A stretch of DNA of 64,000 nt from Chiloscyllium plagiosum (Eukaryota). Shown in pieces: positions 36,054 through 50,419 of the stretch. Both the position numbers and the translations under genes were made by a program. Numbering within the stretch: the stretch's first letter is position 1; each line of letters starts with the position of its first letter. The stretch is taken from contig NC_057718.1 of assembly GCF_004010195.1 (NCBI RefSeq), forward strand, positions 45,238,717-45,302,716. Reading direction: 5' to 3'. The notes below the pieces were generated by a model. It made no database searches. It worked only from the letters and a program-made list of their open reading frames with translations, and had not been told where the DNA came from.

Positions 36054-37479
36054 TTTGAGGATGTTACTAGACAAGTTGATGAGGGTCGAGCGGTGGATGT
36101 TGTGTATATTGACTTCAGTAAGGCATTTGATAAGGTTCCCCATGGTAGGCTTGTTCAGAAGGTCAGGAGGAATGGGATACAGGGAAATTTAGCTGTCTGG
36201 ATACAGAATTGGCTGGTCGACAGAAGACAGCGAGTGGTAGTGGAAGGAAAATATTCTGCCTGGAAGTCAGTGGTGAGTGGTGTTCCACAGGGCTCTGTTC
36301 TTGGGCCTTGACTCTTTGTAATTTTTATTAATGACTTGGATGAGGAGATTGAAGGATGGGTTAGCAAGTTTGCAGACAACACAAAGGTTGGAGGTGTCGT
36401 TGACCGTATAGAGGACTGTTGTAGGCTGCAACGTGACATTGACAGGACACAGAGATGGGCTGAGAGGTGGCAGATAGAGTTCAANNNNNNNNNNNNNNNN
36501 NNNNNNNNNNNNNNNNNNNNNNNNNNNNNNNNNNNNNNNNNNNNNNNNNNNNNNNNNNNNNNNNNNNNNNNNNNNNNNNNNNNNNNNNNNNNNNNNNNNN
36601 NNNNNNNNNNNNNNNNNNNNNNNNNNNNNNNNNNNNNNNNNNNNNNNNNNNNNNNNNNNNNNNNNNNNNNNNNNNNNNNNNNNNNNNNNNNNNNNNNNNN
36701 NNNNNNNNNNNNNNNNNNNNNNNNNNNNNNNNNNNNNNNNNNNNNNNNNNNNNNNNNNNNNNNNNNNNNNNNNNNNNNNNNNNNNNNNNNNNNNNNNNNN
36801 NNNNNNNNNNNNNNNNNNNNNNNNNNNNNNNNNNNNNNNNNNNNNNNNNNNNNNNNNNNNNNNNNNNNNNNNNNNNNNNNNNNNNNNNNNNNNNNNNNNN
36901 NNNNNNNNNNNNNNNNNNNNNNNNNNNNNNNNNNNNNNNNNNNNNNNNNNNNNNNNNNNNNNNNNNNNNNGTCCAGTTCTGGTCGCCCTATTATAGGAAA
37001 GATGTGGATGCTTTGGAGAGGGTTCAGAGGAGGTTTACCAGGATGCTGCCTGGAATGGAGAGCTTATCTTACGAAGGGAGGTTGACTGAGCTCGGACTTT
37101 TTTCATTGGAAAAAAGAAGGAAGAGAGGGGACCTAATTGAGGTATACAAGATAATGAGAGGCATAGATAGAGTTGATAGCCAGAAACTATTTCCCAGGGC
37201 AGAAACACGAGGGTCATAGTTTCAAGCTGTTTGGCGGAAAGTATAGAGGGGATGTCAGAGGTGCGTTCTTTACGCAGAGAGTTGTGAGAGCATGGAATGC
37301 GTTGCCAGCAGCAGTTGTGGAAAAGAGGTCATTGGGGATATTTAAGAGACTGCTGGATATGCATATAGTCACAGAAATTTGAGAGTTCGTACGTTAGGTT
37401 TACCTCACATGAAGATCAATGGTTGACACAACATCGTGGGCTGAAGGGCCTGTTCTGTGCTGTACTGATCTATGTTCTA
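36054..37479 (+). mobile_element. Young CR1-type LINE (RT to 3' tail) spanning an assembly gap
   Basis: VDVVYIDFSKAFDKVPHGRL...SGVPQGSVLGP, KFADNTK, VQFWSPYYRKD, and a CTATGTTCTA tail. Confidence 0.92.
36485..36970. other. Assembly gap (486 N)
   Basis: Run of N. Confidence 1.
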
Positions 37480-38384
37480 ATGTACAACCTCATGACGACC
37501 CAACTCCTATCATCAGGGGACTGAACGATGAAGGCAAGTGTGCCAAATGCCTTTTTAACCATCCTGTCTATATGTGACACGAACTTCAAAGAATTATGTA
37601 CCTGAACCCCTTGGTGCCTACTAAGGCCCTACTATTAATTATATAAGCCCTACAATTGTTTGTTTTATCAAATTGAAATAACTGGTGTGTATCCAGATTG
37701 AACTCTATCTGCCATTTTCAGCCCATTGACCCATTTGATGAAGATCCCTTTGTAATCTTAGAAAACCTTCACTGGCTACTATGCCACCAATTTTCGTGTT
37801 ATCTGCAAACTTACTAACCACGTCTTATTTACTATCATCCAAATTAAATAGATAAATGAGAAATAAGAGAGGACCCAAAACCAATCTCTATGAAACACTG
37901 CTGGTCAAAGGCCTCCAGTCCGAAAAGCAACACTCCACCATTACTCTGTCTCCTCCCGTTAAGCCAATTATGTATTCAATTGGCAAGCTGACCCTGAATC
38001 GCATGTGACATTTTAAGAACAACATGTAATGGAGTAGTGAGAGGTGACCTTAGCTTGAAAGAGCAAGATTTGAAACTGGTTTGGGTAGAGGTAAATATGG
38101 GGAAGGTAATAGTCATATAGAAACCCTGACAGTAGTTACACTAAAGAACAGAATATGCAAAAAGACCAAAACAGGCTATGTAAGAAAGGTAACATGATAA
38201 CCATTCATGTAGATTGGGTGAACCAGATAAACAAGTGCAGCCTAGAAAATTCGTTCAGAAAAGGTGTTCAGGATAATTTCTTAGTACATTCTAGAAGCTA
38301 CCAGATATAAAATTTCCTGCTCAGCAAAGAGACAAATTAAGCATCATCCTCTGGTAAAGGAGTCTGACAGTGATCATAACATGA

Positions 38385-39232
38385 ATCATAGAGTCATAGA
38401 ATCATTAGAGATGTACAGCATGGAAACAGACCTTTTGGTTCAACTCATCCATGCCAACCAGATATCCTAACCTAATCTAGTCCCATTTGCCAGCAATTGT
38501 CCTATTCATATACCCATCCAGATGCCTTTTAAATGTTGCAATTGTACCAGTCTCCACCACTTCATCTGGCAGCTCATTCCATACGCGCACCACCCTCTGC
38601 GTGAAAAAGTTTCCCCTTAGGGCCCTTTTAAATTTTTCCACTTTCGCCCTAAACCTATGCCCTCTAGTTCTGGACTTGCCCCACCCCATAGAAAAAATCT
38701 TGTCTGTTTACCCTATCCACGCCCCTCATGATTTTATAAGCCTGTATAAGGTCACCCCTCAACCTCCGATGCTCCAGGGAAAACAGCCCCAGCCTATTCA
38801 GCCTCCCCCTATAGCTCAAATTCTCCAACCCTGGTAACATCCTTGTAAACGTTTTCTGAACCCTTTCAAGTTTCACAACATTCTTCCTAGAGAAGGGAAG
38901 CCAGAATTGCACGCAATATTCCAAAAGTGGCCTTACCAATTTCGTCTACAGCCGCAACATGACTTCCCAACTCCTACAGTCATTGCTCTGTCCAACAAAG
39001 GAGAGCAGACCAAATGCCACCTTCACTATCCTATCTACCTGTGACTCCACTTTCAAGGAACTATGAACCTGCCCTCCAAGGTTTCTTTGTTCAGCAACAC
39101 TCCCCAGGACCTTACAATTAAGTTTGCCTTTCCAAATATAGCACCTCACATCTGTCACTCCTCAGCCCATTGGCCCATCTGATTAAGATCCCGTTGTACT
39201 TCTTTGCTGTCCATTACACCTCCAATTTTGGT
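38385..39232 (-). mobile_element. CR1/HER1-type LINE, 5'-truncated
   Basis: ORFs 38664..38939 and 38477..38689 match the CR1 ORF2 C-terminus. Confidence 0.92.
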
Positions 39233-39499
39233 TTAATGAAAGGGGAAGAGTGAGATTCTAAAACTTGTATTTTAAACCTGGATAAAGATAATTATAAAGA
39301 TTTGAGGGCAGATGTACCTAAAGTGAACTCTGAAACAAAGTTAAAAGATAAATGTGAAGCATTGTAGTGACTGATTTCAATGGGGGTATTTAATGAAGCC
39401 TTATGCCTGTGAGAATGAAAGACTTGAGGGTCAGGAATTGTCTAACAAATTATTCTATCCCTTTTGTAAGTGGTGGTCAGGTATTGAAGAAACAAGGCA

Positions 39500-39945
39500 C
39501 AAGTCACTTTAATGGAATACAGTCCACTTGACTGGATAAGTGCAGTTCTGACAACACTTGAGAAGATGACCCTTTCCAGGACAAAGCAGCCCACCTGAAA
39601 GGCACTCTATGTACTACCTAGAAAATGCACAACAGTATTCAGCAAGACTCCTTCAACTTCTTCCAAATTCTCCATCTCTATCACCTGGAAGGACAATGGC
39701 AGTAGATTCATTGGAACAACACCTGCAAGTTTCCCTTCACTCACATGATCCTAATGAAAAGCTCATCACTGTTACTTCACTGTCTCTGGATCAGTATCCT
39801 AGAATGTTCATTCTAACAGCACTGTGGGTACCCTTGCGCCCCAAGGACTGTGACAGTTCAACAAAGTAATTCATCACCAATTAGTGATGGGCAATAAATA
39901 CTGACCTATACGATGACACCCACATCCCATGAATGGAAAAAAAAT
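39500..39945 (+). mobile_element. Old LINE 3' end with A-rich tail
   Basis: Ends GATGGGCAATAAATACTG...CCCACATCCCATGAATGGAAAAAAAA. Confidence 0.55.
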
Positions 39946-42900
39946 GCATTGTCCATGGTTAAACAAGGACATTAAGAATAAAATTTTTAAAAAGTGAAGT
40001 AAAAGGTTGGTATGAACTGGCAAAGGGAAAAAGTAGAGTCTGGAAAAAAGCTAATTGGTAATCTAAAACCCAATGGGAAGAGTTTTTACAAGTAATTAAA
40101 CAGAAAAGAGGAATTAAAGCTAGTATTAAGACATGAGCTAGCGAGTCTGGTGAGTTAACAGTGCAAAACACAGGAAAAGCAGAGATTATTAACAGAGATT
40201 TTGTGTCTATTTTCATTTGTAGACCCTGGGTCCCAAATTTAATTTCTGGGGTTGGGGCTGCACTGGATTGGGACTTGCCCTCTGGGTGATCCAGGAAAAG
40301 TCAAAAAAAGATATTGCCAGCTCTAGAGGTAGGCTAGAATGAAATCCGACCTTCGGGCACCACTTTTAAATGTAAAAATAAAGATCAAAACAGAAAATGT
40401 GCCCATGCTTTCCCCATATCCAATCTGTGCCCTTGTACCCAACTCCTCATACACTTTGCTTACCTACTCATTCCTGTCCCACCTTGCATTTCCAGTCAGG
40501 GACAGGGATAGGCCATTCAGCCCATTGAACCTGAATATGATCATGGCTGGACAGGTCGCTGGTCTATTCCAGCTCAGTAACCCTGGGGGTGAGATTGCTG
40601 TATTAAATGACAATCAGCCAGTGTCACTGAAGAGGTGGTGGTTGTTGGGTGCAACACCCACCCAGTGCAGGCTCATTATGGGATTTTAGGCGTCAGATGA
40701 GTGATGGTGGATTGGGTATCACAATGAAAAGGCAGTAGTAAGGGCAGTTGGATGGCTCCCTGCAGGCCCCTCTAGCTGATGTTGTATCACTGAATCAGGC
40801 ACTGAGTGCCTTTTGAAGCAGGGGGCCCTTAAGAAACCTGGTACTGGATTCTTCTTGTGGTTCCTCCATGTTAAGCCCAGAGTCCACTGCTGAAGATATA
40901 AGGAAGCATTAGTTGTCTACTTATGGGATTCAACAATAAAGGAAGGAGGGCTGTCTCGAGGCCTGTCCACTGCTGAATCAATGATAGTGGAGTCAGGAAG
41001 GCAGCAAGGTCTTCACCTGTCACTTTTCTGCCTGATTTAAATGCCTTACACTAATGAGATTCCCCACAGGAGAGGACATTGGTTCAGAGCAGGACGGAAT
41101 TAGAGCTGCTCAGAATTCAAAGAGGTACTGAGGCCAAATATAGTCCTTTTAACTCAGTCAGTAAAGGCAAAAGATTAACCACTCTGCTTACTGTGCAGCT
41201 TAGCTCCCAATTTTATAACATTTTCAAGTTTTCAACTTTTCACCCCACTACCCACACCATTCCTTGTCAAAGCCCTTCTCTGTACTAAACAAAGCACGAG
41301 CACAATATAAGTCCTTATTTGACCATTTCCACTCTCCTATTTCAAAAGGTCACCTTCTGAATGCTTGCTTGTGTTTCGATTTGCGTTCATTTTTTTTACG
41401 TTTTCTGTGCAGTAACATTTCAAGCAGGATTCTTTAAATGATTACTCTTCAACCCTACCATTGTAGAGTGAATGCAAATTTGGCTGCCTTTTACATACAT
41501 GGCAGTTTTATTATGACTTCCGTGATGCTTAGTATCTCTTATACAAAGTGTACAACTGTTTTGGACTTGCATTGTCAAATTTTGAAAAGCTATTTCCTCA
41601 AATATTGTTCACCAAAAATCATTGCAATTACTGTGAATGGTGAGCAGATTTGTATCTTTACTCTATATAGAACCTGACATTAGAATTAGTGGCATACTGT
41701 TTCAGGAAGTCCTCTGTTGTGTACAATAAAGTATCTCTGTTGATTGATTGGTTGTAGGGAGGAAATTGTGCCATTATTCCTGCCTCCAATCTTTCTACTT
41801 AGCTCGCCAATGTCATAAGTGCAAACTTCCAGTTCCTCGAATATGTATTGATTAACTTTATCCTCTTTCTTAAGACACTTGTAGAAAATATATAGACCAA
41901 GCAGGAAACAGAAATCCCACTGAGCTGGAGCTCAGCTAGAAAGTTTCTTTTATAAGTAAGAAATATTGTTTCTCACTACCTCCTTGTTTGAGGTTGGAAA
42001 CACCATATAAAACAGCATACAGTAAATTTGATGATTTAGCTAGGATTATAAGGTACCAACAATATTGGAGGATTTATATAGATGTGCAAGGAAAACTGTG
42101 CGAGTATTACAGCTTGTTTCCATGCTTCTCCAGACAAATTCTCTGGTAAATGTGTATTTTGTAATTTCGGAAGCAAATTTATTGACCCATTTTGAAAAAA
42201 TATCCTGCTGAGACAAATAAATGGGATAGGAGGATTTTGACCAATCTATGCAAGCTCGGGAAATGTCAGGCATTCGGTGGCCTAGCAGTAGCACCATGGT
42301 ATAATGAATAAACTTCGTGGGTAGAGGTGGCAAGTGTTTGGTGGGGACAGTGGCTGAAGAAAGAACAGTGGTTGCTGGTGCTTTGTTTTTTGCTGCAAAT
42401 AGCCAAAAAAATGTGTTTTGGCCAGAGGCATATTTTATGCAGCTGCATGTGTACAAGGTTGGCCTGAAGCAGTAAATTGTTAGTAGTGATTCCTCAACGA
42501 ACGAAGTATGCCATAGTTTACAAACCTCCAAAAATGAGGGTAGGGCTTAGTAATATCCTGCTTTTAGATAATACATCAGCATTTGTTTCCTGATGTGCAG
42601 GTTGTTTGAGAAAATGCTCTATGTCTCATGTTAAAGGTGAACTCGTGGCCAACCACAACTGCATTGAACCATTTCAGTAGTCCATAAATGCAGTATTTAC
42701 TTGGCCAGTTATGATGAGAAATAACAATAATAGCTTGGAATTGTATACAATGCTTTTTCTTAGTTGCACAGCCAACTGGGAGGTTCTGTGCACACCAGTT
42801 GACAAGCTAGTGCTTGCGTTTTTGGAGGCTGCTGCCACACAAAACAATTAGGAGGGAATGCTGGTTATGTAGCATCTTTAACATAGTAAAAATATACCAA

Positions 42901-43019
42901 ATTGCAAAAGTTGAAACCAAGTCCTAGGAGGAGACACCAGATGAAGTGAAGGAAGCAGGATTAACATTCACTATATACAATTTAAAACCATTTGAATTAA
43001 CAAAATTACATTGTCTTAT

Positions 43020-43716
43020 CACTTATTTGCCCTCATAGCGAGAGGATTCGAAGACAGGAACAAGGATGACTTATTACAATTTATGCAGGGCATTGGTGAG
43101 ACTGCACCCAGAACATTGTGTGCAGTTTTGGTCTTTTTTTATCTGAGGAAGGATATCCTTATGATAGAGAGAGTACAACGAATGTTTGTCAGTTTGATTC
43201 CTGGGATGACAAGGCTGACATATGAGGGAAGATTGAATCAGTTAGGATTGTACTCATGGGTTTAGAAGAAGTTGTGGGGGTGGGGTGGGGGTGAATTTGA
43301 TGATTGGGGTGGGGGGGTGGGGGTGAAGTTTCATAAAGACTTACAATATTGTATCAGTACTAGAGAAGTTGGATGTAGGAAGGGATGTTCCTGATGTGGA
43401 AAGTGCAAAAACAGGAGTCATGGTTTAAGGAGAAGGTGGAAAAGCTTTTAGGACTGAGACGAAGAAACAGTTACTCGCCCAGAGAAGGGTGAGCCTGTTG
43501 TTATCACTACCATGGATAGTGATTGAGGCTAAAGCATTGTGTTTTCAGGAAAAATGTAGATATAGCTCTTACGGCTGAAGGGATTTGGAGGAAGGGTGTA
43601 GTTAGGGTATTGGGGTAGTTAGGGTTAGTCTCAATGATCAACCACGATCAGATTGAATGGCAAAACAGGCTCGAGGGATCAATGGCCTAACCTCTATGTT
43701 TCTATGTTTCTATGTT
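43020..43716 (+). mobile_element. Older CR1-like LINE 3' end
   Basis: YLRKDILMIERVQRMFVSLIPGM, followed by a (CTATGTTT)n tail. Confidence 0.8.
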
Positions 43717-44686
43717 TTGTGGTTTAATGAGGACAAAGTTTGTGTTAATCTGGATTCAGACTCCTCAGTGAGATGAAAGCACCAAGACACCTACCATTGT
43801 GGATAAAGTTTATTGAATACTCAGCCCTCCAACTCCTCCTATTTCCTTTAGTTTTGGTGTTCCATATGTGCTCAGACAATTAATAGCCACCATCTATTTT
43901 TTCCTATCTTGAAGTAAAGACATTCAGTTTTTTAATATGATTCACCACCAACCATTTAACAGTTAGGCTCAAAATCTATAGGACAGGCTTTATTTTTAGT
44001 TATATAAAAATAAGAGCTAATAGTCAAAACTAAGAAATGGGTCATTAGCATATTTCAAACATTTTTAAAGTATGTTTGGCTAGCTTCTCATGGTATCGCC
44101 TTTCTTTGATCTTTCCATTTGTTTTTCATTCTTCCCTGCCTTTTTTCTTCATGTTTCTTTTTCATTATTCAGTATGATCAACTCTAATACTTTTTAATTT
44201 ATTTTGTTAGTTATTTTTAAATCATATCAGTATCTTTAAATCATGGCATTTCTTATTTTAAAAGCATATCTGATGGGCAGCTTAAATTTATATCAGTAGT
44301 TCATGATCTGATGTACCTGCCCTAATTCTTCTGTTTTTCATTTGTTACATTAAATAGTTTAAAGTATTAGCGCAATTGCTTTACTTGCTAAATAGTCTTG
44401 ACCCATTTTTATTAAGGGGAATTGCCCAAAAATGTAATGGAATCAACTTTTACTTGCTTAATGACTTCCTGACTGGATCCCGACTAAGACTTTCATTTTT
44501 AACATTATGCTTAAAGCTTGGCAAGAACTTACTACTGCCAAATTTAAGGTCAGATGCCTATAATATATTATTAGCATTCTTTTTTAAAGCAGGGAAGTAT
44601 ATACAAAGTCTTTTTCTTAGTTTTCAGACACACAAGATGCAAACAGCATCATCTTTACAAATTGCATCCCAAAAAAATCCAATTTT

Positions 44687-44741
44687 CCTCCTCCCTCCTC
44701 CTCCCGCCGCTGCCACCGCCACCACCACCACCCATCACCGT
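44687..44741. repeat. Imperfect (CCN)n trinucleotide repeat
   Basis: CCTCCT...CCGCCG...CCACCACCA. Confidence 0.8.
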
Positions 44742-46769
44742 CCAACATCGGAAATAAAAATTTATGATGCTGATGAAATGTATTTCTAACTCTGTAACAT
44801 AACCTGATCATAAACGATTGTGTGACATCTATTAACATTTTTTGGTTGCCCAGTTGTTTCCCTTCTATCCAGCAAAAGCTGTTCTGGTGGTCTCCACCTT
44901 GCCTTTTATTTTTAAATTTAATGCTGGTGGTATTGAGCTTCACTTTGGAATGCAGACGCCCTGTTGTGCTATTAGTGGAAATGTGGGAACCAGCTCCTCC
45001 TATTTATTTCGTAATCCATTCTTAAACACATGTTTGTGGTTGGTCCATAGTATCATGGAACATTTCCACTTTGAAGTGCAGCTGATATGATAGTAAGGTA
45101 CAAGCACTTTTGACAAAGTCATCGAACTTTTGCAAGTAAATTAGGATATTTATTGTAACACTATTTCTTGACAGACCTTTTTAAATATTCAAAAATTCTA
45201 GAAAAAAATGACTTAAAACTGTTGGTTTTTAATAACAATTAGCCTAACAATATTTTAAGAATCTATTCATGTGATTTGATTATAATCATAGAATGTGAAA
45301 ATCTAGTTGGGGACTGTTTTCTCTTGTAACAGGTTTGCATTTGATGAGCTCAATGTTATTTGAGGAGTAAACACTTTATTTGCAATAATTATTTTATGAT
45401 TAAATTTCAGCATCATATTTAAACTGCTTTCTAACTACCGTTCTTGTTGTTCCAAGACCAAGTCCTTGTTTAGAATTCAAGTTTTGTAACAATATTATAA
45501 TTGCTCCTTCCTGGAGTCTAAACAAAAGTAAAAAAAACTAAGTTAAATGGGACAGTGAACTAGGGAGCAAAAGCAGTCAAAAAGAAGTCTGATTAAATCT
45601 TTAAAGCACCTTTTGATATGTTTGATTACAGATTCAAGTTGTTGGACAGGCCGTGGTATTTATTACAGGTCACATCTTTGACAAAAGGATTGCCTTTAGT
45701 AAACTTTACATGCTTTAAAAGTAACTGGTTGCTTCTGATACCAGTCGTAATTCTTTCTCCATGCTGTATGTTGATCTTTTCAACCTTTTTTTATTCTTCC
45801 AAAAAAATCTTGTGTTCATTTCTGAATAGAATAGAATTATTGTGCATGACCATCCCTGAAGACAGCAGGACAAGTAGATGAGCTAGTTAAGGCAAATGAG
45901 ATTCTAACTAAAAGGATGGTTGACATGAAAACCCTCAAGACATTTAACAACTATTCAGATGAACAGTTGAAACACTACAGAACATAAGGCAATAGGCCTT
46001 ATGGAAAATGGTAATAGAATTCATGGATGACTGATGTCTGGTGTGGGCACAGTCGACTGTGCTGTAAAAATCCCATGACTCTAAGTAACAATTTCTGGAA
46101 AATATTTGTACTTTTGTCTTGATTTAGAACCTACTAAAGGGGATCTGAGGGTTTAGTTCTCAATTTAGTTGCCTCATTCATGCTGTAACATCAGGCCTAT
46201 AACTTGTCTTGGATGGGGGATACCCAGTGAGGTATGTCTGGTCTGTCCAAGTTACAATTCAAGAATGAGGGTTAAATTCTGAATGACAGTCATTCTAAGC
46301 ACCGCTTACAACAGGGGCGAAATCAGAAAATGTGAGATGGAGGCTATAGTTCATTCAGCATCCTTAAGGAAGGAGGAGTTGAATTTTGGAGATTGTGTGA
46401 GAGTTAGTGTTATAACTTTGAACAGCAAAGACATTCTTCTGCAAATGGAGCTCTCTTGACTTTTTTTTTCCAATGTATTTTTTTCTGAGTTAATTTTTGA
46501 CAAACAGTCTGGAAATTGATGGAAGTATGTGGTGATATGATGTAGCCAAGGCTCAAACTACCAGTAAGCAAGATGTGGGCCCAAATGATGAGTACATAAG
46601 CTAGACTGGCAATTCATGGCATAATTTGGATAGTGCTGTTCCATTGGCGCTCCTGTTTCTCAAAATGCGACATTAAAATAGTGACATGTGTCTTTTGATG
46701 CAAGCAATCTAATAACACGATGAGGATGATCAGAATATTCTCCAGGTGTCCTGTCCAATTTTGATGCAA

Positions 46770-47330
46770 CACCCTTTTGTTTTTGCAGAAGTATTGTTTA
46801 TTAATAAAACACCTTTAACTGCATACAAAGCATACTAAAGCAGTTGTGTGCAATCTGTGTATCAAGAGAAACAAACGTTGAAATTTGGTATTCCCTGCAA
46901 TTGCAAAAACCACAAGCATTTCTTACTCATACAACATACATCTGACAACTGAAATGACCCCCGTGGTACTTTGGTAGAAAGACCTCAAATGGTGGTCTTT
47001 CCTCACTGCACCTTGGTCGCAGCTGCCCCAAGCTTTAGTGCATCCCTCAGCACGTAGTGCTAGATCTTGGAATGTGCCAGTTTGCAACACTTGGACGAGG
47101 TCACCTTTTTACACTGAAAGTTCAACAGGTTTCAGGCAGGCCAAAGAGTGTCCATCATGGAGTTGATGATCTTCCGGAACTGTTGATGTTTGTCTTGTTT
47201 TTTTTGTCCTGAGGAACAGACTGCAAAGCACAGAGTCCTGTGTCCTGGAGCTGCTTGGGAATCTTAACAAAAAATACTGTCTAATCTCTCCAGCTGTATT
47301 CCAGCAGGAAATGGTGACATCTAATGTCAA
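46770..47330 (-). mobile_element. Tx1/L1-like LINE 3' end
   Basis: Minus strand reads CCKLAHSKI*HYVLRDALKLGAAATKVQ*GKTTI*, with an A-rich tail. Same family as 57240-57850. Confidence 0.65.
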
Positions 47331-49389
47331 TTCTTTGATCTTAGTTGTTTCTGTGACATTATGTAACTGATTTGATTTGATTTATTACTGTCATGTGTAC
47401 AGAGGTACAGTGAAAAGTGTTGTCTTGCATATTTTACAGGCAGATCGTTCTATACAACTGCATCAGGGTAACAGAAGAGTGCAGGATACAATTCTGCACG
47501 GATACTATTATGCCATAGTTCCCCTATTTTATGGCAGTGACTGTAGTTCAAATGTACTTCACTGGTTGTGAAGCACTTGGAACATTGTGGATGAACCATT
47601 TAAATATGTGTTATTTTAGCTCATCCACTTTTGAAACTCAGAACTAACATTGAACATCTCTGCAATTTCCACACGCAAAACACAACTATCTAAAGCTTCG
47701 CAATGTCTCTTGAGTTCATCATCAAAAGTTGCCTGTTATTGTACAAGTAATGATGTATTTTCTTAACTTTTAACACCAATCATTTTTTAAGGCCTTTCTG
47801 AATATGATTGCAAACTTTTGCTGTGTTCCTGTATCCATCAGGGCTCAAACATTTTCTTTATAGCCCACAGATGAAGAGTCTTTCAATTTATGGACTAAAT
47901 TCTAAGCTGTATCTCCAGGGAAAAAAAACACTATACTAATGTGCTTCACCACCATGTCCTTGAGGATAACATTATTTTTTTTGAAAATGGAAACTGCGAT
48001 GTTTCTGAGTTGATTTGGACAAGTACAGTTTAAAGAGTTGGTAATATTTCAATAGTTTGGCCTGGATATTGGTGCCTCTGGGACATTACTGGATTCTTGC
48101 TTGGGGAAAATTGCTATGAATTTTAGCATTGATAATCAAAGGATGGGTGGGGTTCCTAAACTTTAAAGCACAACTTTGTCTTGGGCATAACTTAAATCAG
48201 ACTTTAGTGACGTGACAGTGAGAAAATTCAGATACTGTTAAAGTGGATTCCAGTTCTGTTTAGCAGCTGATTAAAAGCACGAAAAGGAAGATTGGCAGTG
48301 CTTCTTTTTCCAGGAAGGCTTGATGAATTATGCACCAAACAGTCTGTGGAAAGGTCACTGGTAGGCCTTCCCCTGGGATCAAACCTTTATTCACCTAGAG
48401 AGAGTGAAATGATGGCCAGTTGGCAACAGCAGCTCTTGTGCTTAGCAGCCTCACCTAAGGAGGCAATGAAGGAAACGTCCAGAGCCAGAACTGATGAGCA
48501 GGTTTCACATTTTCATTGTGTGTGCTGATGGCAAACAGATTGCTGTGTAGCTGGGTTAATCTCAGTGGTGGTGGGATAAGGCCCTTAAGTGATTTAATTG
48601 GAGTGGGAAGCTAGACCATGGGCTTTCTTAGCCAGAACTTGATTGTGGCAGATACAAGAAGGCAGGAGGATTCAGGTTTGCCACCAGCCACTAATTAAAT
48701 GCTCTTCTGGACTCAAGTAAGAGCAGAGATTAGTTTTGCTGTCGTGAAGTATAATTGTATTTGTGCATCAGAAGATATATGGCAAGTGCAGCTTAAGTTA
48801 GTTTTTCTCTATTGACAGAGAGAGAATAATGTATTGTGCTTATGCTAAATAATGCACAGTACTAATCTGCAGAGAATTATAGGGGCTGTTATAGCTGTGT
48901 GTCTGAAGAAGTGTATAATGCTACCCAAGACTGAATAGCTTTATTGTGTGGTTAAGCATGATTTACCAAATGAAGCAAATTCAAAATCAAACCCATGTCT
49001 GGTTTATATAACTGGCTAGACATTACCAGTTAAAGTATTTATAATGAAGAGGTTCCTCAAGACTGTGTTAGGAAAATTCACTTGCCCAGCAGGTTGGGAC
49101 AAATAAATTTAGTCCCTAGTCTATTGACCATTATGCTGTAGCTTAAACTGGATCATGTAATGAGTATACTAACAGTATCCTTTGTAAAACAAATGTTTTA
49201 GATGCAATCATAGTCTGTACTGCAATGCTGTATACATAAAAAAACTTAATTTTTAAGTCCTAGGAAGTAAAGCAAAAGGGGGAACACAACCTTGTTAAGC
49301 TAACATCAACAGTAGGGGAAAATACTCCTATCTATTGTAATTAATGTGATTATGGAATAACGTCATATTTAACAAACCTGATGGCATTT

Positions 49390-49890
49390 CAATTTTTAGG
49401 CTATTTTGAGGTTTACCAAAGTCAATGTGGGTGAACCAGTGAGTGTGTATATTTGGAATTTCAGAAGGCTTTTGAAGTCCCACCAGGAGGTTAATACATC
49501 AAATTTAAAGAATATGAAATTGGGAATAATATCCTAGCATGGAATGAGGATTGGTTAATGGGTGGAAAGCAGAGAGTAGGAATAAATGGGTCATACTCAG
49601 ATTGGGACACTGTGACAAGGAGGTAACCTAACCATTAGTGCTTCCTGTTCATAGCCTGTATCAATGATTTTTAGATCTGAGCGCCGATTGTAATATTTGG
49701 AAGTTTGCAGATGACTCAAAACTTGGTGGAAATGTGTGTTATGAGAAGGATGCAAAGAGGCACCAAGAGGATTTAGAAAGACTGAGTGAGTGGGCAAGAG
49801 CATGGTATATTGAACATCATGTGCATAAGTGTGAGGTTGTCCACTTTGGCAGGAGGAATGAAGAGCTGAGCATTTCATAAAAGTGAGTGA
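49390..49890 (+). mobile_element. Degenerate CR1-like RT fragment
   Basis: YLEFQKAF and KFADDSKLGG remnants. Confidence 0.7.
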
Positions 49891-50419
49891 TTAAATGAAT
49901 AGACGATTGTGTTCTTTACTTGGCATGATCTCTATCATTGCTGCTGATTCGTTATTGGAAGATTAAGAAATGAAAAGCTTTATTAAGACTTGCACTCTGC
50001 CAGCCTCTGACTTTGTATTCAAGTTTGCCATACCTATTTGATCCCCAGGCTGTTTGAATAATTTCAGTTAAATATCCAACAATGAGCTCAAATGAAATAA
50101 AATGCTCAATAGTTTTCTGAGCATTTGCGTCTTCTCTCAAACTTAGCTGATTGTTGCTGTCTGAAATTTCTTAAGTATGATAGGAGTAGAAAACAATTTT
50201 GTAATTATAGATTTTGATTTTGTTGACAACGTGAAATAATTAGCTATGTTAGCATAGGAGAATGTCAGTCAATTCTGTTTTTTTTCGGTTTGGACACAGG
50301 TCTAGAAAATACTTTTTTAATTCTTCCACTGATTGTGAACAACTGGTCAAGACACAATCTAATATTTTCTTGATCTGTGGTTCCATGACTGGCTGGTTGT
50401 TTCTTAGCCAGTTGTCATT

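Larger units (their letters stand above)
35505..38010 (-). mobile_element. CR1/HER1-type LINE split by an oppositely oriented CR1
   Basis: The minus copy stops at CACCAATGTTCT (about 36053) and resumes TGTACAACC (about 37481). Confidence 0.8.

Noticed and set aside
36336..37219. ORFs of about 250 aa
   Set aside because: Read-through of the N gap within a CR1 copy.
42046..42531. 161-aa minus-strand ORF
   Set aside because: No recognisable domain or splice support; probably a chance ORF.
44376..44789. 137-aa ORF with a Pro/Ala/Thr run
   Set aside because: Explained by the (CCN)n low-complexity tract.
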